DNA from: Clytia hemisphaerica
Taxonomy: Eukaryota
Assembly (NCBI RefSeq): GCF_902728285.1
Contig: NW_027104280.1
Span: 547,995 to 611,994, forward strand
Reading direction: 5' to 3'
Length of the DNA: 64,000 nucleotides
Shown one piece after another: positions 10,801 through 23,041 of this stretch. A program made the position numbers and the translations under genes. Under the pieces are notes generated by a model that saw only the letters and a list, made by a program, of their open reading frames with translations, did no database searches and was not told where the DNA came from. Numbering within the stretch: position 1 is the first letter of the stretch; every line of letters begins with the position of its first letter.

Positions 10801-13069
10801 CAAACAGTGTCCACGAGATCTCTGCGACCAATTCTATTTTTAGAATTTTTTCCGCTCGGTGAATGAAAACTTTACTCAAACCTCTCCTTAATACGAGCAA
10901 ATGTGTTGGCACGGTGAAAATTTCCTAAATTACTCTACCTTAATAGTACTAATTTTCGCGCATCAAGAAAAAAAGATTTTCGTGCAGCAGCCAATTGTCT
11001 TATAGACTAGCAAGCGTCTGGTTTTCCTGAGACACAAAACGCGGGAAATGTGCTTATAAAGTGATGCGCTCGGCTTTAAGAAAAACGCCACGGGAATGAG
11101 AGGTTTCTGTATTCAGCGAACGTAGTGTGCGTGTTGCAAGCGTGGCTGCAGCAAAATACAACGGCTAGTTACTAGTCTAATTGTCTTCAGATTATCAGTA
11201 TTAATTTTCGCGCACAAAGGCCTCTCTTTTCAATGCATATAAACAAAAATAAAGAACTTTTTAAAGATAAATGCCACTTTCTTTTAAAATGTGGTATTAA
11301 TTTTCTCGCACTTCCTGACTGTGCATAATTTCGGTATTAAATTTCGCGCTTTTTGGGCCTCTTGTGCAAAAATTAGTACGCGCTAAAATTAGTACCAATA
11401 AGGTATTACCAGTAAACAAGCCTTAAAAAGTACCATTGTACGCATTAATGCCTTTTCTGTGGTCACAAAAAGTTTCTTAAGTGCCGAAAAATGATTTTAA
11501 TACAGAGCTAATAGATTGTCGACCAGAATAAAGTTAAAATATTCCAACTTTTTTTCATATCTATGCCATTATTGACAATTATGTCATAAATGATGACACT
11601 TAAATGCAGTCAAAATTGAATATTTTTTTCCATATTAGAACCCCCTAAATCTGAAATTAAATTCTCAATCGATACATTTTAATAGAGATTAGACCTTGTG
11701 TTTTGGCTACAATGTAGTTATTTTACCATGGAGTCTTTTCTAGCTTTTGCATTTAGCCTTATCTTGACACGATTGCATTGTAATTTTTAATGCTTGATAA
11801 AGCCTGGTAACAAAAACATATTTGGCTAATTTTAGGCTTTCAATGAAACAACTATCTTCGAAGTAATCTGAATCCATTAAAAAGTGATACTGCGAGCCTT
11901 TTCCAAGATGGCTTTTCTTACGAACAATGTCACGACAGTGCTTAAAAATCGATAAAAGGTTCCATTTTCGTTCAATTTTTCATCCATTTTTGCAAGTTAG
12001 AAATAAAATGAGCATAAAACTACTTTGAAATTAATAATATTTAATTAATAATATTAATAATATTTTTGTTTCAATGTAACAATTAGATACCAAATATCTG
12101 AAAACCAAAGTTGAAATTATGAACTCTTTTGTCTACAAAAGTACAACTCGCTCTACATATTGTGCTTTTTAAGGCTTGGGTTAAGTGATTTTTAAGGCTT
12201 ATTTTGAATTTTTTGTAAAAAAAAAAAAAAAATTAAAGGTTTGCAAATGTCTTTCTGATTTTAAGAGTACTTTATTCGGGTTAACTTTCGCAAGATAAAC
12301 CTTTGCGAATTTGGCGAATTTTTCCCTTTCGGGAAAGTTTGTCTCGCGAAAAATCTAAAATCATTCATTCGCGAAAGTTTATCTCGCGAAATTATTTGAT
12401 TTTTCCTATTCGCGAAAGTTTATCCAGTAAAATTGGGACTTTGTTTCGCGATCTTTAGTTGTAGTTTTTCATCTTGTACGTTAAGGCTTGCTTACTCTTA
12501 CTCGAACTTCCGTAACTCGAATGATTTTCTTGGTCCCTTCTTGGAGTATTTCCTCTAGAACTCGATTTTTCTGATATTGTGATTAAAATTTTAATCCTAT
12601 TCTCCCGATTCGGGTCAGTTAATAAATTGTTGATGATAAAATATATGCTTTTGACCTTCTTCTTATCGTACAAAAAGTAGATATTTTATCAAATATTTCA
12701 TTTCCATCAACTCATTCCATGAATTAGAGAAAAAAAATTGCGAAAATTTCAAATTCTCTACCCAACTCGAACCCTCCATAACTATATAACGATTTTCGAT
12801 TCCTCTTGGATTGGGTGTTCGAGTTATGGAGAATCTACTGTCTTCGCCCCTTCTGTTAAACGCCCCCTCGAATAAACGCGCCCCTTTTTGAAAAAAAAAA
12901 TTCAATAAATGCCCCATCGAAGGGGGCGTTTATTCGAAACAAGGCTGATTTGAGCTCTGATTCGAGGGAGATGGGGTGTTAGACTGTATTTTTTGAAAGC
13001 AATTTTAACACTTATGCATAACACGAGTAATATCAGCTGGTAATATTGTATATTCCCTTAATAGGAGAT

Positions 13070-13690
13070 TAAAGGGAAAATGGGAATATGAGGAGAAAGG
13101 GAGTATAGGAATATGGGGAGAAAGGGAATACGGGAATATGGGAATACGGGAATATGGGAATATGGGGAGAAAGGGAATATGGGAATACGGAAATATGGGG
13201 AGAAAGGGAATACGGGAATATGGGAATATGGGGAGTCAGGGAATATGGAGAGAAAGGGAATATGAGAATACGGTAATATGGGGAGACAGGAAATATGGGG
13301 AGAAAGGGAATACGGAAAAATGAGAATATGGGGAGACAGGGAATATGGGGAGAGAGGGAATATGGGTAGAGAGGGGATATGGGAATAAAGGGAATATGGG
13401 GATAGAGGGAATATGGGAATACAGGAATATGAGGAGTGAGGGGATATGGGTAGAGAGGGAATATGGGAATAAAGGGAATATGGGGATAGAGGGAATATGG
13501 GAAGAGAGGGAATATGGGAAGAAAGGGAATACGGGAATATGGGGAGAAAGGGAATATGGGAATACGGGAATATGGGGAGAGAGGGAATATGGGGAGAAAG
13601 GGAATATGGGGAGAGAGGAAATATGAGGAAAGAGGCAATATGGGGAGAGAGCGAATATGGGGAAAGAGGGACTATGGGGAATAAGAAAAA
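13070..13690. repeat. satellite B, reverse-complement copy (GGGAATATGGGAATACGGGAATATGGGGAGAAAG...)
   Basis: Reverse complement of the 9640-10800 array. Confidence 0.9.
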
Positions 13691-13789
13691 TACATAAAAA
13701 GCATTATCTCCTTAATCTAATAGGCAAGATACATGGAGAACTAGCCCATTTTACAGACCAAATCCCTTTTAAAGAGGGACTAGTACTAG

Positions 13790-14160
13790 CGTCAAATTGA
13801 AGAGTCGATTTGTCAAATTGAAGGGTCGATTTGTCAAATTGACAAGCCGACCATCAAATTGAAGGGTCGATTTGTCAAATTGACAAACCGACTGTCAAAT
13901 TGAAGGGTCAAATTGACAAATTGAAGGGTCGATTTGTCAAATTGACAAGCCGACCATCAAATTGAAGGATCAATTTGTCAAATAGGGTCGATTTGTCAAA
14001 TTGAAGGGTCGAATTGACAAATTGAAGGGTCGATTTGTCAAATTGAAGGGTCGATTTGTCAAATTGAAGGGTCGATTTGTCAAATTGAAGGGTCGATTTG
14101 TCAAATTGAAGGGTCGATTTGTCAAATTGAAGGGTCCAATTGAAAGGTCGAATTTTGTAA
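13790..14160. repeat. satellite A, reverse-complement copy (GGGTCGATTTGTCAAATTGAA)
   Basis: Reverse complement of the 9040-9540 array. Unique linker 13690-13790 is the exact reverse complement of 9541-9640. Confidence 0.9.
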
Positions 14161-15644
14161 GGTATCTAACTTCATAAGTATGTATAAATTAGTCGTCTAG
14201 CTTGCTAGACTAACTGATCTGAGACTTTTTTGTCATGCTGATGATTTTCTAGATTAGAAACTTCTTTATTCTTATTTTAGACGATTTCATGTTCGTTGGA
14301 ATTGTTTGCGCCTAAGCACGACATCGTTCGTATAGCCTTCTTGCAGCTGTCACAAGAATATCAGAGACGATTCCAAGCCTGTGAAAAATACAATCGATAA
14401 AAAGGTTTATTTTTGATAGTATCTGACTCATTTTATCCTTACTCTATTTGTTCTCTTGTTGGCAGAATAGGGGTCAATTCTTCGCCAGTTCACAATCTTC
14501 AGCATCCATCCTTCTAAATTCAAATGCAACATCTTAATAACATGCATACCGAAAAAATACTAGTCAAATAAAATTTAGAAATTCAGACGAATAGATTTTT
14601 GTGTATCAATCGTTGTCTTCCTTCTTTTTAGATCGGAAAAATTCTACCCAAAGATTGAGATGTTACATGTTCTATTTGTCACTGGTGTTTTGGGTCCTTG
14701 GATCCCTTTTTTGTTCCATTTTTGTTCCATTTGTATTTTGTTGACGTAAGCATGCGACATCAAAAGTAGAGCAGACACTTTAATTTGATTTGTCTTTCAA
14801 TAATCTGGGACTATCAGGTTTATCGTAAAACCTTAATAGACGATATCGGCTTAACATGAAAACTCAGATTTGATTCCCCGAGAATTCCCCACAATGATTT
14901 GCGCGTAAAAAAAATTCACGGTGAAATTTTTTGTAATTTTACCAACCTCGTCGAGTTTGAGTTCCCTTCTTCACTTAAGCTCTTGTAGATTTTTTAGAAG
15001 TTTTTTCAATGATATACTTGAGGCGAGTGGTTGACTTACCTTTGGAGAATTTCCCAGGACATTTCATTCTTCTATCTCTCGAAAGGTTTGACCAATACTG
15101 TTATGTTTTGTTTCTTTCTCCTTTTGTTGGTGCTTTTCCATAACCTGGCAGAAACAACGGATATCTTATATAAAACACTAGATAGAGCTTTTATCTTTTA
15201 AAAGCCACACAAGGGAAATGATGCGCCATTTTTAAAACACAGTAGACCACAGTTCGGTACCGGTATTCTGGCCATTTAAAATAACCAACATAGTGAGAGC
15301 ATGTCGAGAAGCGAGGAGAGCGACACGAAGAGGCTGCATCCAGTGTTTTGTATGAGATGTCTGTGGTGGATACTGATTATACATGGTAGGTTAGGTAGGA
15401 AATTATTTTCTTTTGTTTTTAACTTTTTTTATTTCACAGAAGAATTTATTTAAAAATATTTTTTAGTCTCATAGATCATAGATATATAAAATATATTTAG
15501 AAGAGATTAACTGTTTTTACTCTAGGTATCCTCAAGTCTGTATTACTACTTGCTCTTATTCTTCTTTGGAGAATTTTTCTCAGCCTTTTTTTTATCTCCG
15601 AAAGAATTTTCATTACGAACAATTGGCTGTGCCATTAAAAAACC

Positions 15645-15905
15645 AAAAAAGGGGGTGGACGAACCTTTTCAAGTCAAAAGAATGAATGAATGTGTCGATA
15701 CCCCCTGGAAAATGACAAAATTTGCAAAAGTACCCTCGGAAAGATTATTTTCATACCTTAAAGTGAGGTTGGACGAACTGAAATGAGTCTCTAACCCCGT
15801 GGTTATTTTAGAATAGCTTTTTACCCCCTTGGAAAAATAAAAAAGACCCCTTGGAAATTTTTCTCAGATTACCCTCTGGAAAGGTTCGTCCACACCACAC
15901 CCCGC
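15645..15905. mobile_element. MITE-like element with TIR GGTGGACGAACCTTTT / AAAGGTTCGTCCACACC
   Basis: Inverted 16-17 bp termini at 15653 and 15882. Internal CCCC(C)TGGAAAA subrepeats. Confidence 0.45.
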
Positions 15906-16539
15906 CCCTGTTTGGATATAAAATGGAATGGTCTAATGTAACATTTCATCTGAATTGTTGTCAATCCGACAATCAAGAACAAGAAAGCTGATCAGATGGC
16001 AATAATCGACTTTTCAAAACCAAGGTAAGAGTGGATTACAGTTTACTTTTCGTTCTTCCTTCCCCTCGTCTAAAACCAGGTGAAAAGATCCGAAAGACGT
16101 AATTCGATTTTTATGATTTTTGTGGGAATTCTTTTTTTATATCCCTTTTTTATAACCCTCTTAATATTTTTTTAATCTTGCTGTATTTTCATTTTTGAAG
16201 TTATGTTCTTTTCGCAAAGCATTCATTTAATATTTTTTCACTTTTTAGAAATTTGTGCAAACCTCTGTAGGATATTTTGATATGTCGGAACAGCTGTTTT
16301 GATGGTTCGTTTACACGAGACAACAAATTATTCAAGAGATAGACAAATGTTTGAATACTAGACGAATTCTGCAGATCAATCGACTTTTGGCAGATATGAA
16401 AGAACGCCTCGATTGATTGAACGTTGTGCATTGATTTAAAAAAAGGAAATTATGAATTTGTAAAATGTTGAAACTGAATGTGAGTTTTTACTTCGTAGGA
16501 CGTTTGAGAAAGTTTTCTCAGCGAACTGAAGGGAAAGAG

Positions 16540-16833
16540 ATGGCGGAGGTTACAGGTAATGAAACTCTAACTAAAGTTCCGAAGCAGGCTTCCGACACCA
16601 AACAACCGTCTGCTGTGTCTGAGTACATCTTCAAGTTAGGGCGTGGTTTGTTATCAGTGCTTTTGATTTGGTTGGTGGGGTGGTTCGGTTTCAGTCACGC
16701 CTGGATTGTGGCGTCTTACGTTCTTTACGTGTTTTGGTGTCAGAAGAAACAGCAACGTCAGCATAAATGGCTCACTACTAGATACTTCTCTGATTATGAG
16801 AATCTCAAATCACTCAAGAATCTGCCATCATGG
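16540..16833 (+). CDS. extended synaptotagmin-like (E-Syt) exon 1: start Met, hairpin TM segment
   Basis: ATG at 16540 in ORF 16465..16890. MAEVTGNETL...LLSVLLIWLVGWFGFSHAWIVASYVLYVFW (hydrophobic hairpin). Donor TGG|GTATGT. Confidence 0.75.
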
Positions 16834-18379
16834 GTATGTTACTATACTATACATCCATACATCCATGTCACAAAAGGGGTTGTTTTATAACCAGGATGAA
16901 ATCTTTATATGTCAAGTTACACGTTTTTTTATTATAAGGAACCTTATTAACTTGGCTCTGAGTCTGGAGTTCCTTATTTTTCCAGAGAATTTCAGATTCC
17001 AAGTTCCTTATCCAGTTTTTTATTTACTTAGCTGCTAAATTTGGATTTAAGTATTTGACTTCTTTATAAATATAATCTCTTTGTTAAGGTTTTTGTAAAA
17101 GTGCAACTTTATTTAACTCTTACTGTTCCTTAACTTGTTTTTTTATTCTGAGCCTGAGCAGTTCCTTAACAATTCCTTATTTTTTGGACCATTTTCAGCC
17201 TCAAGTTCCTTAAAAAAACGTGTAATCAGGGAGGAGTGACGTTAAAAGTCTTTATCAAAAGATCGATACAATGACTTAAGATATGACCTTCAATCCTCAC
17301 TTTTAAGCTCTAGCCTGGTTTTCTCCATGTTTCAAGTATATTGATAGGTATATTCATGTGAAGCAACAACCAGAACTAATGCTTAAAAAAATGTTGTTGT
17401 TTTTTCAAGATAATTCTTACATGAAATATGATAATGTGCGATTTAGCGTGATCCAGTATTTGACTTAAAGAATCTGTTTTGATCTTTAATGATCTGCAAA
17501 GTGAGTTGTCTGCGTTGCTACATTTCGATTTTGTAAATGAGGGGAAATTTCATGCTTTTTTGAGCCACGGCTATATTGATATGCTGCTCTTTTCTTTCTG
17601 TATATTTTTCAATTCGTTCTGTGCTGAAAGTTTTGTTTGCTTGTTCGATGGTTTGGTCTAGCAACCAGAAATGTTACCTTGACAAAAATACAATTTTTTG
17701 CTCGAAATTTCTCAATGTACCTTTATAGATTACTTCAGAAAAATTGAAAGTGAAAGTTTTGTTTGGGAATTATTTGGGTTGTTTATCTGCTCGGTCGGCT
17801 AATCAACTTACAAGTGAACCAATATTTAAAACAACTTTCCCATTCAAAATCCCCCAAAATATTGAGATTAGAAATTTTTTTCTTATAAGCATACATCTTC
17901 TCAAACAAAAGAAACCAGTTTAGTTCCAACAAAAAAGTTTCTCAACACAACATGTTTTCCCTCGTTCCCCTCCCTTGTTCACCCGTTCAAGCAGATGTTT
18001 TGATGTCTATTTTGCAAATCAAATATTTTGCTGTGAATGGAAATAAGAAAAGTGAAAAAATAAAAAGAAGAATCAAAAAGAAAAATATTAGAAGACTCTC
18101 GTTCCCATAAAGATCTATTTTCTTGATTGAAGAAATAGAATACCCATTAATTTTATGACGAGATTTTGGAGATAGATATGATTTGATAAAAAAATGTCTC
18201 AATTTTGTTGTTGGCCCTTTCTCGAACTTTTTAAACCAAGAATGTCTAAAAACCATGTAAGTTATCGCGAAATTAGCGCTTTTTTTACGCGCGAAAATAT
18301 CGTAACTTGTTCCTTCAACTTCTTTCCGAAGTGTGCGGATCACACATTTGTAATTAATGTTTTTTATTGTTTTTTGTAG

Positions 18380-18421
18380 ATTTGCATCCCTGATGTGGAG
18401 AATGCGGAATGGCTTAACAAG
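18380..18421 (+). CDS. E-Syt exon 2 (ICIPDVENAEWLNK)
   Basis: Acceptor ttttttgtag, donor AAG|GTATCG. Motif PD-ExAEWLNK conserved in E-Syt SMP domain N-terminus. Confidence 0.7.
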
Positions 18422-18965
18422 GTATCGACTCTTATTTTCTGTGCATGCGTGAATGATTAGGTTTTAATTCTTGATATGCGTAAGTCATTTTTCTAGCGGA
18501 AACACCCGAAAAAAATCTGGGATTTGACCCCTCTCTGTTACAAAAAATAGAAACACGGATGTCAAAATCCGGCTTTTTTCGAGTGCTTCCGTTAAAAAAT
18601 ATGACGTCATCTTGACTTACGCATATGAAGAATACTCTCTGTACTATCCATTCCTTATCGGCATTTTTAAACCCTCGGAACAGTGTCACTCTTCGTCGTT
18701 TAGGGTTTAATCTTCCATATTACGAGCCTATTGATTGAACAGTTTTGCTTTTTTTTATTCCAACGATCAAGGAACTCTAACATTAACACTGGAATGGACT
18801 TTCGCAGACTATTTTTGTGAAAGCACCCTTTTCCACCGCTCCTTACTTCTACCATTTTGAGACACAGGCCTTTTATTCATTATAGTGGTCTTGAATCTAA
18901 CTTTATAGTTGGACTAACGAACTCTTAAATAGACTGGAATATAACTTTCCGCACTTTATGAACAG

Positions 18966-19112
18966 GTGATCGCACAAGTATGGCCCTTCGTTTCCACAAT
19001 GGTGGGCGACATCTTGAAAAATGAGGTCGAGTTGGAGATACAGAAAAAAATGCCCAGCTCCATCCCATTACTGAAGTCCTTCAAATTCCATGAAGCAGAT
19101 CTTGGAAATCAT
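18966..19112 (+). CDS. E-Syt exon 3 (SMP domain: VIAQVWPFVSTMVGDILKNEVE...)
   Basis: Acceptor aacag, donor CAT|GTAAGA. Matches E-Syt IVAQVWPF motif. Confidence 0.75.
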
Positions 19113-19306
19113 GTAAGAATATTATAATGGAAAATTTAAGGTGTTACAAAGACCAACTGATGGATAGTTTGCTGTTGTTTTGGCATCGAAGGCTTGAGTT
19201 TTCAATTCAATCCCTTTGGCCTTTTCCGCACGGCGGAAATCATCTTGATTTTTTTTACAGCTTTTTAAACTTACCTACACAAATTATTTTATTGTTTTTG
19301 CTTCAG

Positions 19307-19383
19307 CCATTAACGATTGACGGTGTCAAAGTGTACAAAGATCACTTGCGCGCAGACGAAATCATCATGGACATCTGTATCAG
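19307..19383 (+). CDS. E-Syt exon 4 (PLTIDGVKVYKDHLRADEIIMDICI)
   Basis: Acceptor gcttcag, donor AG|GTAAGA. Phase 0-in/2-out. Confidence 0.65.
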
Positions 19384-19472
19384 GTAAGAAACACACTCTT
19401 TACCTCTAGCCTCTCTTCCTTGGTGTTATCACAAAATTCTCCAACCAAGACATTTGTTTTTCTCCATTTTAG

Positions 19473-19539
19473 TTATGCTGGAGATTTGGAAGTGAAAGTT
19501 GGTTTTGGAGCAATTACTGCAGGAATCACCAAAATCCAG
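19473..19539 (+). CDS. E-Syt exon 5 (YAGDLEVKVGFGAITAGITKIQ)
   Basis: Acceptor cattttag, donor CAG|GTTGGC. Phase consistent. Confidence 0.6.
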
Positions 19540-19670
19540 GTTGGCTGGTGTTTCACACCAATTTTATAACATTGATATGTTTTGAACTTCAAATCTATCA
19601 TAAATACAGTCTGAATCAAGTTAGCATTTCTTTTCAATTTCGACCTACTGAATCTTTTTAAGACACCCCT

Positions 19671-19952
19671 GTCTCACAGCCCAGGTGAAACTTTTTCTTA
19701 CAGCGGGGATAGAAATTTTGATTGAAATCTCAATGGGGATAAAAATTCTATCGTTCCAAGGTTAAAAAATCCAGTGGGGATGGTTTTGGAGTGCAATTAA
19801 ACAATGAATTTCGAATGGAGATGAAATCAAAGTCAATTTCTCAATGGGGCTGAAACTCTAGGGTATTTTCCCCACCGGGACAAAATTTTTGCCAAATTTT
19901 CTATAGTGGGGCTGGGGCTCCAGCGGGCCTGTGACACAGGGGTGTTTTATGG
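19671..19952. mobile_element. MITE family A-related copy (TIR ACACCCCTGTCTCACAGCCC / GGGCCTGTGACACAGGGGTGT)
   Basis: Same architecture as 3356-3663 (GGGGAT-rich interior) in E-Syt intron 5. Confidence 0.6.
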
Positions 19953-20072
19953 AATCATAATCCTTTTCGCCTATTCGCTTGTTCAATTTTCTTTCTCCAA
20001 AGTTATCGAGGTTTTTTACTGCCGTCATCATCCATTTCTATCTCATCCAATTTTTTACATTTTGAAATTCAG

Positions 20073-20162
20073 TTGCGAGGCCAACTTCGTGTGGAATTGA
20101 AACCGTTGCTTCCAAGAGCTCCGCTGATTGGTGGAATGACCGTCTCGTTCCTCGAAGTTCCG
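20073..20162 (+). CDS. E-Syt exon 6 (LRGQLRVELKPLLPRAPLIGGMTVSFLEVP)
   Basis: Acceptor aaattcag, donor CCG|GTAAAT. Near-identical to vertebrate E-Syt LRGxLRVILEPL motif. Confidence 0.75.
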
Positions 20163-20254
20163 GTAAATTATAAAAATTTTAGCCTTTAAATGCTTTCTCT
20201 TTTCCAACCCTAAGCAAAAGGATTTTTCATTTGATTGTGAAAGCTGGAAAATTT

Positions 20255-20350
20255 CCTCGGCCTCGTTCCCTGTGTATTTATCAGATTTTTGAATATTCTC
20301 TGGCGTTTATCAGTAACATAAATAAAGCCTGGAATACACGACAAGGTTGA
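20255..20350. repeat. short hairpin repeat (TTCTCTGGCGT-TAT-AGTAAC-TAAATAAAGCCTGG-ATACACG), second copy at 35705-35830
   Basis: Two copies share >60 bp. Termini CCTCGTTCCCTG / CGGGAACGAGG are inverted. Confidence 0.45.
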
Positions 20351-20373
20351 AATTTCCTTTAATTTTATTTCAG

Positions 20374-20429
20374 GAATTTGACTTCGATTTGACGAATTTG
20401 TTGAATGTTTTGGATTTACCTGGCGTCAG
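20374..20429 (+). CDS. E-Syt exon 7 (EFDFDLTNLLNVLDLPGV)
   Basis: Acceptor ttatttcag, donor AG|GTAAGT. Confidence 0.65.
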
Positions 20430-20985
20430 GTAAGTGTTGATTATAAAATCTTCTTGATGTTTTAAACTTTGTAGGAGCTTCGATGGCCAAATGTTAAAAA
20501 CGAGTTAAGAACACTTTTTTAAGCTTTACATACTCTAGAGCATCTAATTTCATAGGAAAATGGACAAAATACTCTTAGACTTAAAACTCAAGGCTTCAAA
20601 AATTTTGCATGTTCTTATAAAAAAACGTGTATGTTATTTTCTTTGTTGGTTCGGTCCAAGGTCATCACAAAAGCTAAAACTTATATTGATATCTCCAGGT
20701 CAAGATTAGAATGAGCGTTACTCTTTATTGTAAGATCTTGTGTTGAAACAAATAACGAATTTCAGTTTCTTCACTTTTTTGCAAACCAAGTTTGAAAAAC
20801 CAAATGCAAGTTAAAAACCTATGTTTTTATCCAATAAATGGTGTTTTAAGGTGTTTAAAAGATGCAAAAAGTGAAACTTTCTACCCCAAATTATGGCCCT
20901 CTAATTTCAAACTACTCGCCTGGACCAATAGACTTGAATGAGTCATTTAAGCTCATCAAACAGTGTTTAATCTTCATTTCTTCAG

Positions 20986-21109
20986 TTCCATTCTTCACGA
21001 ATGTTTGGAGGAAGTGATTCAATCCTTCATCGTGCTCCCCAACAAAGTGACCATTCCGTTCGCTGATGACCCAGCTGTTCAAAAAGCGCTCCTCCACCAA
21101 CCTCCAATG
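20986..21109 (+). CDS. E-Syt exon 8 (SMP C-terminal part: ...VIQSFIVLPNKVTIPF...)
   Basis: Acceptor ttcttcag, donor ATG|GTAAGA. Overlaps ORF 20963..21166. Confidence 0.65.
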
Positions 21110-21229
21110 GTAAGACATAACAGACTTCTACTGTACTTTATTTTAAAGGTTTTTGTTTTTAAATAAGAGTAACATCGTTTGCTTACTCATCACTTTTAAT
21201 TCACAACCTTTTTGGACCTACCCCGGTGG

Positions 21230-21360
21230 GGTGGAGGTCCTATAAATTAACCCATGTTCGTTAGTTCGTTCGTTCGTTCGTTCGTTCGTTCGTTAGTTAC
21301 CAACTTTTCTCGAGATTGGCTCATTCAATTTTTCTGATTTTTTGCACAAAGGTGCATTAC
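21230..21360. repeat. interspersed repeat (…ggaggtcctataaattaacc…(TTCG)n…ttaccaacttttctc…); second copy 51040-51180
   Basis: Shared ~120 bp similarity including embedded (GTTC/TTCG) microsatellite 21258-21292. Confidence 0.55.
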
Positions 21361-21389
21361 TATAAACCCTCGAATGTGACGGAGCCCGA

Positions 21390-22330
21390 TTTTCGAAAAA
21401 AAATTTTTTCCGGCCGGTAGAACCGGAAATGTCCCGAAAAAAGCGGTTTTTTGAGATTTTCTCGAGATTTTATCATTAGTTTTTTGCGATTTTTTGCACA
21501 TAGATGCACATTAGTACTGCCGAAAAGGTGTCGAAAACCGTTTGCCGAAAAAATTTTTTTTCCGGTCTGTAGAACCGGAAATGTGCCGGAAATCGTCGTT
21601 TTTTCACATTTCCGTCACATTTTTTCAACTTATTTAATTGTTTCTTTACAGAAAAATGTTCTTTATGATGATGCCCAAAACTTAGCATTGTTTTGATTTC
21701 CAAAAAAAATCATCCTTTGAATCCGGAACTCCTTAAAAATCGCCGGAACAGCCGAAAACCGGCGTAAAACGGTTTTCCTTCATTTTTTCAACTTATACTC
21801 GACAGATTTTCATGATTTTTTGCACAATGATGTAAAATGGCAATGCCCAAAATGTGACAGAGCCCAATTTTCGAAAAAGAAATTTTTCCGGCCGCTAGAA
21901 CCGGAAATGTCCCGAAAAAAGCGGTTTTTTGAGATTTTCTCGAGATTTTCTCATAAGTTTTTTGCGATTTTTTGCACATAGATGCACATTAGTACTGCCG
22001 AAAAGGTGTCGAAAACCGTTTGTCGAAAAATTTTTTTTCCGGTCTGTAGAACCGGAATTGTGCCGGAAATCGTCGTTTTTTTCACATTTCCGTCACATTT
22101 TTTCAACTTATTAAATTGTTTCTTTACAGAAAAATGTTCTTTATGATGATGCCCAAAACTTAGCATTGTTTGATTTCCAAAAAAACCATCCTTTGAATCC
22201 GGAACTCCTTAAAAATCGCCGGAACAGGCGAAAACCGGCGTAAAACGGTTTTCCTTCATTTTTTCAACTTATACTCGACAGATTTTCATGATTTTTCGCA
22301 CAATGATGTAAAATGGCAATGCCCAAAATT
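21390..22330. repeat. ~470 bp tandem duplication (2 copies) in E-Syt intron 8, rich in TTTTCCGG-CGGTAGAACCGGAAATGT subunits
   Basis: 21390-21860 and 21860-22330 near-identical. Mirrored small ORF pairs in the track (21451/21929, 21476/21951). Confidence 0.85.
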
Positions 22331-22727
22331 ATACATTACTTCCATTAAATTCTAATTATTCGTTTTATAAATAGGTAGGTCCATTAAAGTATTACTTGTT
22401 CACATTGGATTGACACGGATGTGGAGCAAGATTGGTCAGAAAAAAAAGAAAAGAAAAACATTTTTTGCTTATATCAGCATAATGTAACAATAAGCAGACA
22501 CTGTCCTGATATGAAATATGTGTCTGATATGAAACGGGAACACTTATGTAAAGATAAAACCTTTAACGAGAACTTCCAAACTGGCAGATATTAAATATAC
22601 TCTAATTATTAACACAACAATTCAATCGCAAACAATTCGTCTTACTCTAATTATTACAATAACCGTTCCTTTCAAGGTCTCGTTATTAATAAGTTGTTGC
22701 TGATTATTGCTGATTTTTTTCTTTCAG

Positions 22728-22827
22728 GGCGTTTTGCAAGTGAAGATTATTAGTGGGCGTGATTTGAAGGCGTCTGATAAGAAAATTTTCAGCAAAGATT
22801 CTTCAGACCCTTACGTCATCTGTAAAG
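22728..22827 (+). CDS. E-Syt exon 9 (C2A start: GVLQVKIISGRDLKASDKK...SDPYVICK)
   Basis: Acceptor ttctttcag, donor AAAG|GTTTGT. Inside ORF 22707..22904. C2 beta-strand motif SDPYV. Confidence 0.75.
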
Positions 22828-23041
22828 GTTTGTTCGTTGCATCTAATGATATGTTTTTTGTCAACGTCTCTGTTTTGAATCTTTTTGATTCAGTCAACCT
22901 ATGAGTATGAATAGAAGACCTCCTTCAAGGTCCTCGCATCCGTTAGTGGTTGCCAGCAGCCTTGTCAACTTGTTGCAGAAATATTTTTATCACATCCCGT
23001 AACAGCTTTTAACGATGAAAATTCTCCTTTCACATTTTTAG

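Larger units (their letters stand above)
9040..14160. mobile_element. Foldback-like element / large inverted repeat: arms = satA+linker+satB, ~2.3 kb AT-rich centre
   Basis: Arm 1 9040-10800, arm 2 13070-14160 in inverted orientation, with identical unique linker. Centre 10800-13060 carries CGCGAAA-rich repeats also seen at 5170-5330, and a 14-bp-stem hairpin cgaataaacgcccc/ggggcgtttattcg at ~12880-12950. Confidence 0.65.

Noticed and set aside
9698-10843. 381-aa ORF (and overlapping 215/292-aa ORFs) with proline-rich repeats
   Set aside because: It lies entirely within a short-period satellite. It is open in multiple frames on both strands with no start context. It is an artifact of repeat periodicity.
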